A DNA stretch of 64,000 nucleotides from positions 1,832,989-1,896,988 of the forward strand of contig MTMF02000009.1 of the NCBI GenBank assembly GCA_002011125.2, read 5' to 3'. The DNA is from Candidatus Hydrothermarchaeum profundi. GTDB lineage: Archaea; Hydrothermarchaeota; Hydrothermarchaeia; Hydrothermarchaeales; Hydrothermarchaeaceae. The notes under the pieces are model-generated. The model was given only the letters and a program-made list of their open reading frames with translations. It was not told the origin of the DNA and did not search any database. Shown piece after piece: positions 10,066 to 18,675 of this stretch (positions within the stretch are counted from its first letter, which is position 1; the number at the start of each line of letters is the position of its first letter). Both the position numbers and the translations under genes were made by a program.

Positions 10066-10655
10066 TCCCCCACCCCCCTCAACAACTCCTCAACATTAGC
10101 CATAGTAGGCTGATGAATCCTGCCAACACTACCAACATGACAGCTACCGCAAGAACCAGACCCCTTAACAACATGGATCTCAATATAATTACCATCAAAA
10201 TGACACTGCTCACAAACCAAGAGATCCCCCGGCCTCACAGAAGGAATAGTCACACCCCCGGCCTCACTAAAACTATGACAATCCGTACAATCCAAAAGCC
10301 CCTTATCCAAACGAGCCTCATGAATCCTATGAATAGAAACCCCATGACAAGTCGTACAAACCTTAGGAGTCCTATTCCTAAGAGAATCCAGCTTAGTGAT
10401 ATCCCTCACATTATGAAAGCCCTCAACCCTACCATGACAATCCGGACAAGAAATAGACAACCCAGAAGCCTCAGCAGACTTCTCCACCACGGGAGCAACA
10501 CCCCCGGCCTCAGACCTAGCCCTCTCCAACTCAGACAAATAATACTGAACAGTCTTATCCAAAACCTGGCCATAATAAACCGAAGCCCCCGCATAAGTAA
10601 TCACGGCGCTCAAGCCCATCATCACCAACAAGACAACAACAACACCAAACGTCCT
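9973..10655. repeat. 683-bp direct repeat, copy 2
   Basis: apparently identical to 8334..9016. Confidence 0.95.
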
Positions 10656-10661
10656 AGCCAT
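10062..10661 (-). CDS. pentaheme c-type cytochrome with N-terminal membrane anchor (copy 1 in transcription order)
   Basis: five CxxCH motifs; GGAGAGGA RBS upstream. Confidence 0.88.
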   Translation of the reverse strand: MARTFGVVVVLLVMMGLSAVITYAGASVYYGQVLDKTVQYYLSELERARSEAGGVAPVVEKSAEASGLSISCPDCHGRVEGFHNVRDITKLDSLRNRTPKVCTTCHGVSIHRIHEARLDKGLLDCTDCHSFSEAGGVTIPSVRPGDLLVCEQCHFDGNYIEIHVVKGSGSCGSCHVGSVGRIHQPTMANVEELLRGVGE

Positions 10662-10757
10662 TGGGTTCCTCTCCTTTCCTTTACTGTCAAGAAAAATGCA
10701 TTAAGCCTTTTTAAATTTTATTGAAATTTTCTTCAATGTTTTGGATTTCACCGCAAC

Positions 10758-11249
10758 CTATAAAAGTTTTTTTCTTGCCTTCAAAAAAAAGCCGCAAACC
10801 CAAGGAGTTTTAAAGTCTTGGTACGTCCACTCAAAATAGTTACATCCATTCTTCTTAAAGGTTAAAGTGACCTCAGCGTATATTCCTTCCCCTAAATATA
10901 TTCTATGAGGGAACTCTTTGGTTGTCGCCAGAACTAAGTTTGCTTTGGTTATGTAACCCGGATCTATGTTTATCCTCCTTTTTCCATTAACTGCAAATTC
11001 TTTTTCTAGATTGTTAGTATACTTCTTGATAGACGCAAGTTCTCCGCGATCTATGATCCTCTCAAAAATAATAAATCTTTTTATTAGAGGTCTGCCCATC
11101 TCTTTAAAATAATACTCTGTAAAATCAAAGTTAAAGGGATTGCTTTTCGTTTCTATTTTGCCAAATTTTTCCACCATCCTATCAAGTGCTACCATATATG
11201 TTTCTTCATCCCTGTATAACAAGCCCACGAAGAGTTTTGCAGGAACCAA
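10758..11249 (-). CDS. DUF4416-like protein
   Basis: FDFT.YY..EMG, R.INIDPGY, LVLATTK..HRIYL..GIYAE, WTY.D. Confidence 0.8.
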   Translation of the reverse strand: MVPAKLFVGLLYRDEETYMVALDRMVEKFGKIETKSNPFNFDFTEYYFKEMGRPLIKRFIIFERIIDRGELASIKKYTNNLEKEFAVNGKRRINIDPGYITKANLVLATTKEFPHRIYLGEGIYAEVTLTFKKNGCNYFEWTYQDFKTPWVCGFFLKARKKLL

Positions 11250-11309
11250 AGCTAATCACCCTAAAATTTAAATACAGTAAATGAACGATAAAAAATTGGG
11301 TGAATTCAT

Positions 11310-12422
11310 ATTCAAACTTATCTAGATGAATGGATCGGTATTAGGACTAGAGAAGTAAAAGAGAAAGAAGAAATTTTCCGTGAGGCTAGGCCAGCGAGAC
11401 TTATAAAACTTGAGCCTGCGGGATTCCCTCTCAGAGACAGCAAAACCTATTCCATAAATATGGGGGATGAAAAGCTCTTCGAAATATATGCTAAGGAGCA
11501 GTGGATGGGCAACACTATCTCTGTCGGGGATTATCTCTTCGACCAGAGGATTATACCGGATTTTGCATTTAAAGTTATAAAAGTGATCCCAAGAGGCGAA
11601 GTCACGATAACAGAGGATACTAGGATACGATTGAAAGGTGACGAAAGAAGAGAAATTAAAGGCATACGATATACTTTCAGCGATATTGTAGGCCACTCAG
11701 AGGTAAAAAAGAAGTGCAAAATAATAATAAAATACCTACGGAATCCTAATACCTTTGGAGAATGGGCTCCTAAGAATGTCCTATTTTACGGGCCTCCAGG
11801 CACAGGCAAAACGATGACTGCTAAGGCTCTTGCTACTGAGACAGATTCCTCGCTTTATTTGATAAGAGCTACTGATCTCATAGGCGAATATGTAGGAGAC
11901 GGGGCGAAGAAAATCCATGAATTATTCAAAAAAGCATCATCTACCGCTCCTTCAGTTATATTTCTCGACGAGCTAGATGCAATCGGCTTAGATAGATCCT
12001 ATCAGGTCATACGAGGGGATGTCTCAGAAGTAGTAAATGCTTTGTTAACGGAGCTTGAGGGATTACATGAGAATAAAGGTGTGGTGACAATAGCAGCCAC
12101 GAATAACCCTGCAATTTTAGACTATGCTCTAAGGAGCAGGTTCGAAGAGGAGATGGAGTTTAAGCTACCGAATCCAAAAGAAAGACTTGAAATACTTAGG
12201 AAATATTCTAAAAAACTGCCGTTGAAGTTAGAAGCAGACATTAGAGAATATGTCGGAAAAACGGAGGGATTTTCTGGCAGGGATTTAAAGGAGAAACTTC
12301 TTAAAGCTGCGCTTCATCGAGCTATTTTGGAAGATTCCAACGTGATCACCCAAAAGCATCTTGAGGATGCTTTTAAAGCGGTGCCACCTAAATCTAGTCC
12401 TCCGAAAGAGATGTTTACATAA
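11310..12422 (+). CDS. archaeal AAA+ ATPase (COG1223 type); probable non-canonical ATT start
   Basis: FGEWAPKNVLFYGPPGTGKT, FLDELD, RGDVSEVVNALL, SRF; family-like LEPAGFPL segment lies upstream of first ATG (11460). Confidence 0.88.
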   Translation: MQTYLDEWIGIRTREVKEKEEIFREARPARLIKLEPAGFPLRDSKTYSINMGDEKLFEIYAKEQWMGNTISVGDYLFDQRIIPDFAFKVIKVIPRGEVTITEDTRIRLKGDERREIKGIRYTFSDIVGHSEVKKKCKIIIKYLRNPNTFGEWAPKNVLFYGPPGTGKTMTAKALATETDSSLYLIRATDLIGEYVGDGAKKIHELFKKASSTAPSVIFLDELDAIGLDRSYQVIRGDVSEVVNALLTELEGLHENKGVVTIAATNNPAILDYALRSRFEEEMEFKLPNPKERLEILRKYSKKLPLKLEADIREYVGKTEGFSGRDLKEKLLKAALHRAILEDSNVITQKHLEDAFKAVPPKSSPPKEMFT

Positions 12423-12855
12423 CTAGATTTACATCTTCCTTGAAACATTGAAAGACTATACTTGTTCTTATTTCACTTAGACCTCTGATGGCCGTTAATT
12501 TTTTCTCCACAATTTCTCTCAATGTGGCTGTATCCTTGGTCCTAATTTTTATTATAATGTCGTAGTCTCCAACCGTAGTATACACCTCAGATACATCATC
12601 TAATTTTGCAAGCTCCTCTGCAATTGAATTCGTCTTTCCTACCTCACATCTTATATTGATTAGTGCCGTTATGCCTTTTCCGTATGCATTTTGATCTACA
12701 AGTACTGTAAAGCTCCTTATAACCTTGTCTTCAAGCTTTTTTATCCTTTTATGCACAGCTACATCAGAGATCTTTACGCTTTTAGCGATATCTTTGTAAG
12801 GCATTCGAGAATTTTTTTTCAAAACCTCAAGGATTTTTTCATCAATTTCATCCAT
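12415..12855 (-). CDS. Lrp/AsnC family transcriptional regulator
   Basis: MDEIDEKIL..L..NSR HTH, C-terminal RAM domain (VG.YDII). Confidence 0.93.
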   Translation of the reverse strand: MDEIDEKILEVLKKNSRMPYKDIAKSVKISDVAVHKRIKKLEDKVIRSFTVLVDQNAYGKGITALINIRCEVGKTNSIAEELAKLDDVSEVYTTVGDYDIIIKIRTKDTATLREIVEKKLTAIRGLSEIRTSIVFQCFKEDVNLVM

Positions 12856-13054
12856 CCAAAACCTCCAAGTTAATCTTTCTAACCCAACCTAAGGATTTAT
12901 TTTTAACTAATATGATTAAGTTTGATTATCTATAAAAATATTTGCTATATGGTTAATAAATAAACTTCGAAACGTTTTTATATCTTTCTTCCTATTATTA
13001 CCTTAATAGTTTGAAGCTTATTTGTTCGAGAGTCTAAAAGTTGGTGGGTCGGTA

Positions 13055-15259
13055 ATGGCAGTAGCAAGGCGTGAAGTAAGGGTAGTAAAGGCATCTGGAG
13101 ATGTAGAGCCGTTCTCACCTAACGTAATAAAAAATGAGTGCATAGAAGCAGGAATTGAAGAGTTCACCGCTACAGAAGTTGCACTAGAAGTGGCAAAGCG
13201 CGTTTATGACGGAATATCTACTAGAGACATCCAACTGACTACACTAGAAATACTCTATGAGAAGGACCCGATAGCTGCTGACCGATATCATCGCTTTCAT
13301 AGTATGCATGTTAGGACTTCAAAGAACACTATTGAGGCTTTTGACAGGCGTAGGATAGTTTCCTCTTTAATCCTTGAAACAGGTCTACCTAAAGAATTGG
13401 CAGAACAAGTAGCGAGAGAGGCTGAGTCTGAGATAAGAAGGTTGAAGCTTGACTTCATATCAAGCCCCCTTATAAGGGAGATTGTGAATGTAAAACTCCT
13501 AGAGCACGGATTTGAAAAAGCTAGAGCCGACTACACAAGGTTAGGAATGCCTGTCTATGATGCTACTCAACTTATAAAAAGCTCGAATAACGGAAATTTA
13601 CAGAAAAACCCTGAAACTATACACAAGCTGATAGCAGATCAGGTATTTCGGGAGTACTCTCTTCTTAAGGTCCTTCCACTTCATCTAGCCGATGCCCATA
13701 TGCGTGGCGATATATATATCCACGATTTAGAGTACTTTCCAACCCGTCCCTATTGTGCTCACCATGATTTGAGATGGTTTCTGCGTAATGGATTAAAAAT
13801 TGAAGGTACCACTAACGTAGCAGGGCCTGCAAAAAAAGCCGAAGTAGCAATATTACATGCAGCTAAGGTTCTATTTGCCGCTCAGAGCAACTACTCAGGA
13901 TGCCAGGGAATGGACTTCCTCACTGTATGGCTCGCCCCGTATATCGAGGAATCAAGCTATGAAAGAATCAAACAGCTTGCACAGATGCTCATTTATGAGA
14001 TGTCACAAATCTACATAGGACGAGATGGCCAAAGTACCATAGGTATAGAATACGGTGTTCCAGAGATCTTACAGGACGTACCAGCGATTCTTCCTGGAGG
14101 GAGAACTAAAAATGGAATAACATATGGAGACTATGAAGAAGAAGCAAGACTTTTTGCAAAGGCACTAACAGAAGTTTATTTAGAGGGAGACTATTTCGGG
14201 AAACCTTTCCTACTGCCAAGACCAAACTATAAGTTGAGGAAAGAGAACCTGAACAAAGAAGGCTATGAGGATTTCATGATATTAGTGCACCGCGTAGCCG
14301 GCAAATTTGGCACCCCAAATTTCATAAACTTTCACGCAGAATATCTTTCTAATAGCATATTCACACAATACTATAGGTGGGCAGTCCAACACCGGGACGA
14401 CTTTGTTAATGGTTACTTACATGCAAGCATCCTTCAAGTAGTCACTATAAACCTGCCTAGAATATCATATGAGGCAGAAGGCGACTTAAGCAAATTCTAT
14501 GAGTTGTTAGACGAAAAACTGAGCTTAGCTAGGGAAGCCATAGAAATAAAAAGAGAAGTTATAAGGGAGAGGCTTAGGCAGAAACTACTACCGTTCCTAA
14601 GTCAGAAGACAGAAGATGGAAAGCCATATTTTAGACTCGAAGAAGTAGCACATGGTATAGGCTACGTCGGATTAAACGAGGCAGTACAAAGCATTACTGG
14701 CTCAGAAATGCATGAGAGTATTACTTCCTGGAATCTCGGATTGAAGCTAGTAAGATATATGTCCAAAACCACGAAAACCTGGAGCGAAGAATCCGGTCTA
14801 AGATGGGTGCTAACACAAGCTCCGGATATATCCACCGCAAATAGACTTGCGAAACTGGATTATGGGCAGTTTCCTGGGAAGGCTATAGTTAGAGGCGACT
14901 TGGATTCTGGAAGAATTTATTACACTGATTCCTCGCAAGTCAGGCCTGATGCAGATATATCCCTTCTTGATAGGCTTAAGTTAGAGGGAGCTTTTCATCC
15001 TATAGCGTCTGGGGGAATAATGTCTCAGGCTTCAGCCGATGAAAGTATAAACGAGGAAGATTTGTCAAAATTAACGGAGGAGATAATCTCGAAAACTCAC
15101 GTAGGATACTGGTACTATGTAAAGGATGTAACGCGTTGCAACGTTTGTGGTAAATTTTCCAGAGGATTAACAAACTACTGCCATGCTTGTGGATCAACAA
15201 CGGTAGAGCACTACTCTAATAAAATCGGATACTCCTCCCAGAATTATGAATTTAGGTGA
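13055..15259 (+). CDS. nrdD: class III (anaerobic) ribonucleotide reductase NrdD homologue with two ATP cones; catalytic motifs degenerate
   Basis: two ATP-cone domains, H..GDIYIHDL, VTINLPR, IG.VGLNE, C-terminal CxxC..CxxC; finger-loop Cys absent (see findings). Confidence 0.8.
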   Translation: MAVARREVRVVKASGDVEPFSPNVIKNECIEAGIEEFTATEVALEVAKRVYDGISTRDIQLTTLEILYEKDPIAADRYHRFHSMHVRTSKNTIEAFDRRRIVSSLILETGLPKELAEQVAREAESEIRRLKLDFISSPLIREIVNVKLLEHGFEKARADYTRLGMPVYDATQLIKSSNNGNLQKNPETIHKLIADQVFREYSLLKVLPLHLADAHMRGDIYIHDLEYFPTRPYCAHHDLRWFLRNGLKIEGTTNVAGPAKKAEVAILHAAKVLFAAQSNYSGCQGMDFLTVWLAPYIEESSYERIKQLAQMLIYEMSQIYIGRDGQSTIGIEYGVPEILQDVPAILPGGRTKNGITYGDYEEEARLFAKALTEVYLEGDYFGKPFLLPRPNYKLRKENLNKEGYEDFMILVHRVAGKFGTPNFINFHAEYLSNSIFTQYYRWAVQHRDDFVNGYLHASILQVVTINLPRISYEAEGDLSKFYELLDEKLSLAREAIEIKREVIRERLRQKLLPFLSQKTEDGKPYFRLEEVAHGIGYVGLNEAVQSITGSEMHESITSWNLGLKLVRYMSKTTKTWSEESGLRWVLTQAPDISTANRLAKLDYGQFPGKAIVRGDLDSGRIYYTDSSQVRPDADISLLDRLKLEGAFHPIASGGIMSQASADESINEEDLSKLTEEIISKTHVGYWYYVKDVTRCNVCGKFSRGLTNYCHACGSTTVEHYSNKIGYSSQNYEFR

Positions 15260-15263
15260 ATCT

Positions 15264-15419
15264 ATGAGTGTAGAAGAAGAGATGCGGTATTCTGCTTATA
15301 AGCAGAGGCTTTTGGAGGAGATACTTCAGATCATAAAGATTAGCCGGCGAAGTCCATGTTTTGAAAACTTTACGAAAATAGATGTAGAACTAGAGAGGAA
15401 TGAAATATGGTTGAATTAG
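15264..15419 (+). CDS. small hypothetical protein (51 aa)
   Basis: AGGTGA RBS overlapping the nrdD stop; MSVEEEMRYSAYKQRLLEEIL...WLN*; below the ORF-track cutoff. Confidence 0.55.
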   Translation: MSVEEEMRYSAYKQRLLEEILQIIKISRRSPCFENFTKIDVELERNEIWLN

Positions 15420-15463
15420 CCCTGCCAACTAAGTTAAAATATGCGGATAAGAGGGTGTGATAA

Positions 15464-15787
15464 GTGTTAGTAGACGTTGTACTGGACGTTAACATCCCTA
15501 AAAAAGTGAAAAAACTAAACAACGGCTATAGGACTCTGCATATAGGAGACATAGATACTCAGATGAAGGATGAAGAGATTCTTCACCTGACTCGTAAGTT
15601 AGGATGTATAATAGTGACTCATGATAGAGAACTAGCGATAAAAACATCCAAAAAAGGAAGAGTATTATTTATAAAAGAGAATTTACCTGCAGAGGACATT
15701 ATAAGATGTCTTGAGAAAAATGGAAGCTTGCTGAGAACGGCAAGCATTTTCTGCGAAAATGAAACCAAATGCAAAAACTGCAAATAG
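15464..15787 (+). CDS. PIN-like domain protein (Mut7-C/DUF5615-like)
   Basis: VLDVN, D.EIL, IIVTHDREL. Confidence 0.7.
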   Translation: MLVDVVLDVNIPKKVKKLNNGYRTLHIGDIDTQMKDEEILHLTRKLGCIIVTHDRELAIKTSKKGRVLFIKENLPAEDIIRCLEKNGSLLRTASIFCENETKCKNCK

Positions 15788-15919
15788 GATGGTCCTGAGT
15801 TCATCACTCAGGATAGGGAGGGCTTCCACAGGGGATAGCTTGCTCTGCCCACTCCACCTCCAACAAACCCCTTATTTTTATCCCCTAGCCCCCCCTACTA
15901 CTTTTCTACGAAGGGGACT

Positions 15920-16897
15920 ATGAAGAAACTTGCACTTGTTCTACTGCTAGTTTTAACTGGTTGTATGAGTAGTCCCAAGTCGGAAATCACAAACTGGCCT
16001 AATGGCTATAAGGCGGCTGTATGCCCAACTTTTGAGGCTGAAACAGCTGGAGTAGAAGAGTTTAGAATCCTTACTAGAGCTTTAGGCACTACTAATGCTA
16101 CGTTTTTCATTGTAGCCGGGTATTATCAAGATGACCCGAGAGCTCTTTACCTTATAAGAGACTATGAAATCGCTAGTCTAGATTGGAATCAGAAAGAATG
16201 GAGAGAGTATTACGACTCAGAAGGCTTTCAAGAAGATAGCATTAGAAGGGCTCAGGAATGGTTCAGAAAAATTGGGTATAATCCAGCAGGATTCAGAGCC
16301 CCGTTGCTACTTAGTAATAGAGAAACTATCAAAGCTCTTGAAGTTCACGGCTATAAATACGACTCTTCTCAATATTTCGGGTTCCTCCCCTATACAATCA
16401 ACGGAGTAGTCGAGATACCTCTGTCTCTGAATTTTGACCCTTTGTGGAACAATGCATCACGCGAATATTCGCTATTACCTGTTCACCTAGTGTTTCAAAA
16501 AACGTATGATGAGGGGGGATTATTCACATTCACTTCACATGTATCCAAGGCAAGCCAAAATATAGAGGATTTGACCCGCCTTCTAGAGTTTATTAAATCT
16601 AGGAAAAGTGTTTGGATTGCCTCATGCAATGAGATAGCAGACTGGTGGCTGAAGAGAGAAAATCTAGAACTTAAAAGCGAGATGACTCTAATCACCGTAA
16701 AGAACAACAACAAAGAAAAAGTAGAAGGCATTACCATAAAAGTTAGCCCGAAGAAAGAAGTAATTGGAGCGGTTTCAACTTGGGAAGAGGGAGACTCAAC
16801 GTATGCCATATTGCCCCCTATTAATCCTGGGGAAGAAGTTGATTTGCAGATAGTTACCAATCCTTCCTTCCTCGAACGTCTCTTTTGGTGGGTATAA
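15920..16897 (+). CDS. polysaccharide deacetylase-like lipoprotein
   Basis: lipobox LTGC, WPNG.KAA, ATFF, GFRAP, YDSS, VEIP. Confidence 0.8.
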   Translation: MKKLALVLLLVLTGCMSSPKSEITNWPNGYKAAVCPTFEAETAGVEEFRILTRALGTTNATFFIVAGYYQDDPRALYLIRDYEIASLDWNQKEWREYYDSEGFQEDSIRRAQEWFRKIGYNPAGFRAPLLLSNRETIKALEVHGYKYDSSQYFGFLPYTINGVVEIPLSLNFDPLWNNASREYSLLPVHLVFQKTYDEGGLFTFTSHVSKASQNIEDLTRLLEFIKSRKSVWIASCNEIADWWLKRENLELKSEMTLITVKNNNKEKVEGITIKVSPKKEVIGAVSTWEEGDSTYAILPPINPGEEVDLQIVTNPSFLERLFWWV

Positions 16898-17564
16898 AGG
16901 CTTTACTACTCCTAATCTTGTAAGGACAATCTTTGCCCTGTGGGCTATCTCTAACCTCGTTCTCTGGGCAGACGGACATTATTTTGCCTCTACATTCTAC
17001 ACTTTCGAAAATCTCTGGGTAAATTTTTACCACAATATCCCTAATCTTTTTGGCAAGCTCTCTAATTTCAGGAGAAGCCCTTACACAGAGGCGAAGACCA
17101 AGGAAATTAATCAAGCTTCGGGCATTTACCGTCCATACGTAATTAGTATGCACTGCCATAGGTAGGACATATCGTCTAGACTCCCTAGAAATCCCCATAT
17201 CTCTAAGCTCTACGTAGGTTTTAGAGAGCTCTCTCATAGCCTTCTTATAATTCTCCAAAGCTCTCTTATTCTTCAATATTTCAGTAGGTATATAGTAACC
17301 AAAGTCCTCTTCTTCTTGGTATCTTGTAGATCTTGCTGTATGAGACGCTATCCTGTGCTCCAGCAACTCCCTACTGAGAGCCACGCTTATTCCGGAAAGG
17401 TTGAAAGTGAAAGATATGTGCTCCAATGCACTTGAGTAGTCGTTCTCAACTATCATTCTAACTATCTCTTCATCGCTCATGCCTCCTGGGACACCACTCA
17501 CCCTAGCTGACTGGGCTACTAGCTCTATTCCTCCCTCGGTATATTTCAACAGCTCTACCTTCAT
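16854..17564 (-). CDS. thyX: FAD-dependent thymidylate synthase
   Basis: SALEH..FTF, SRELLEHRIAS..S.RY, R.VLP, NARSL..F..LR.C..A..EIR. Confidence 0.92.
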   Translation of the reverse strand: MKVELLKYTEGGIELVAQSARVSGVPGGMSDEEIVRMIVENDYSSALEHISFTFNLSGISVALSRELLEHRIASHTARSTRYQEEEDFGYYIPTEILKNKRALENYKKAMRELSKTYVELRDMGISRESRRYVLPMAVHTNYVWTVNARSLINFLGLRLCVRASPEIRELAKKIRDIVVKIYPEIFESVECRGKIMSVCPENEVRDSPQGKDCPYKIRSSKAFIPTKRDVRGRKDW

Positions 17565-17611
17565 TTTACACCCAAAAATTTTACTTTCTCTAAAGGCATT
17601 TAAATACTTCT

Positions 17612-18385
17612 ATGGAATTCGCAATAGTAGGAAATCCTACTATAGACCTTGTGAATGATGAAGAGAGGATAGGAGGTGCAGTGATATATACATCTCTCAC
17701 CATTGCGAATTTAGGGTATCCAGTGACGGTGATCGGAAATCATGGCACTGATTTTAATTTTTCAGACGAGCGTATTGACTCTCGTCTTAAAGAGAGAGGG
17801 AGGACTGCTAGATTCTCTTTTAACAGCGGATTTGAGATAATCGAAAAAGGAGAGGCGATATCAGTAAAAGATGTAAAGGGCATAGAAGGCAAAATTATCC
17901 ACTGTGCTCCGATATTTAATGAGATTAGTCCTTCACTGTTACGCTACTTAAGAAGAATAACGCCCTTTCTTTCTGCCGACGCTCAGGGATTCCTGCGCAG
18001 AGAAAAAATGAAAAAAGTGTATCTCGCTGACTATAGCCTCCCAGTAAAACTCGATTTTCTTAAAGCTTCTGAGGAAGAGTCACTATTTATCGAGGCAGAG
18101 AGCGATATACTTTCAATTACTTTAGGGGATAGAGGTGCCAAGATTATAGCGGGAGAGGTCTACAAGATACCGGCTTTTAAGACGAAGGCAGTGGACTGCA
18201 TTGGCGCTGGAGATGTATTTTGCGGGGCCTTTTTAGTTAGATATATGGAAACAAAGGATGTATACCAATCTGGTTTATTTGCATCAGCGGCTGCATCTAT
18301 TTCTTGTGAAGGTAGGGGAATACATTCCATACCACAGAGGAACGAGGTCATTGATAGAATTAGAAAGTATGAAATGAATTACTAA
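17612..18385 (+). CDS. PfkB family carbohydrate kinase
   Basis: GG..Y.S, D.QGF.R, ITLG.RG, D..GAGDVF.GAF. Confidence 0.9.
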   Translation: MEFAIVGNPTIDLVNDEERIGGAVIYTSLTIANLGYPVTVIGNHGTDFNFSDERIDSRLKERGRTARFSFNSGFEIIEKGEAISVKDVKGIEGKIIHCAPIFNEISPSLLRYLRRITPFLSADAQGFLRREKMKKVYLADYSLPVKLDFLKASEEESLFIEAESDILSITLGDRGAKIIAGEVYKIPAFKTKAVDCIGAGDVFCGAFLVRYMETKDVYQSGLFASAAASISCEGRGIHSIPQRNEVIDRIRKYEMNY

Positions 18386-18431
18386 GTCCTCTAACGTAAA
18401 ACTCGAATGTTAGTGGAAATCAACTCAGAGG

Positions 18432-18566
18432 TTAATCAGACCCAAGGAAGTTTTTCTTACATTCCTCAGAGCAGAAGTCTTTTCCTTCCATCACAGGGGC
18501 ATTACAGTTAATGCACCTATGCTTTGTATCCCATCCAAAATACTTGGGTTTTCCTAGTGCCACCAT
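18432..18566 (-). CDS. small zinc-ribbon protein (DUF2116-like, 44 aa)
   Basis: MVALGK..HRCINCNAPV....FCSEEC; GGAGG RBS upstream of ATG 18566. Confidence 0.7.
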   Translation of the reverse strand: MVALGKPKYFGWDTKHRCINCNAPVMEGKDFCSEECKKNFLGSD

Positions 18567-18675
18567 AACCCTCCAACGAAAATTGGGATATTTCTTAAGG
18601 TATATATGCTTTTGGGTATACTTCCACTGGAAATTGTAATTAAGGTTTTTAAATACCTCCCAATAAACTCTCTCT

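Noticed and set aside
8334-10655. Diversity-generating retroelement TR/VR pair or CRISPR array
   Set aside because: The copies appear identical rather than differing at adenines, there is no RT or cas gene in the window, and no spacer periodicity.
18412-18632. ORB-like words (AGTGGAAATCAACTCAGAGG and TTCCACTGGAA) as a replication origin
   Set aside because: Only two partial matches, no G-string or clear unwinding element, they flank a small gene and lie 19 kb from cdc6; no ORB seen beside cdc6 either.
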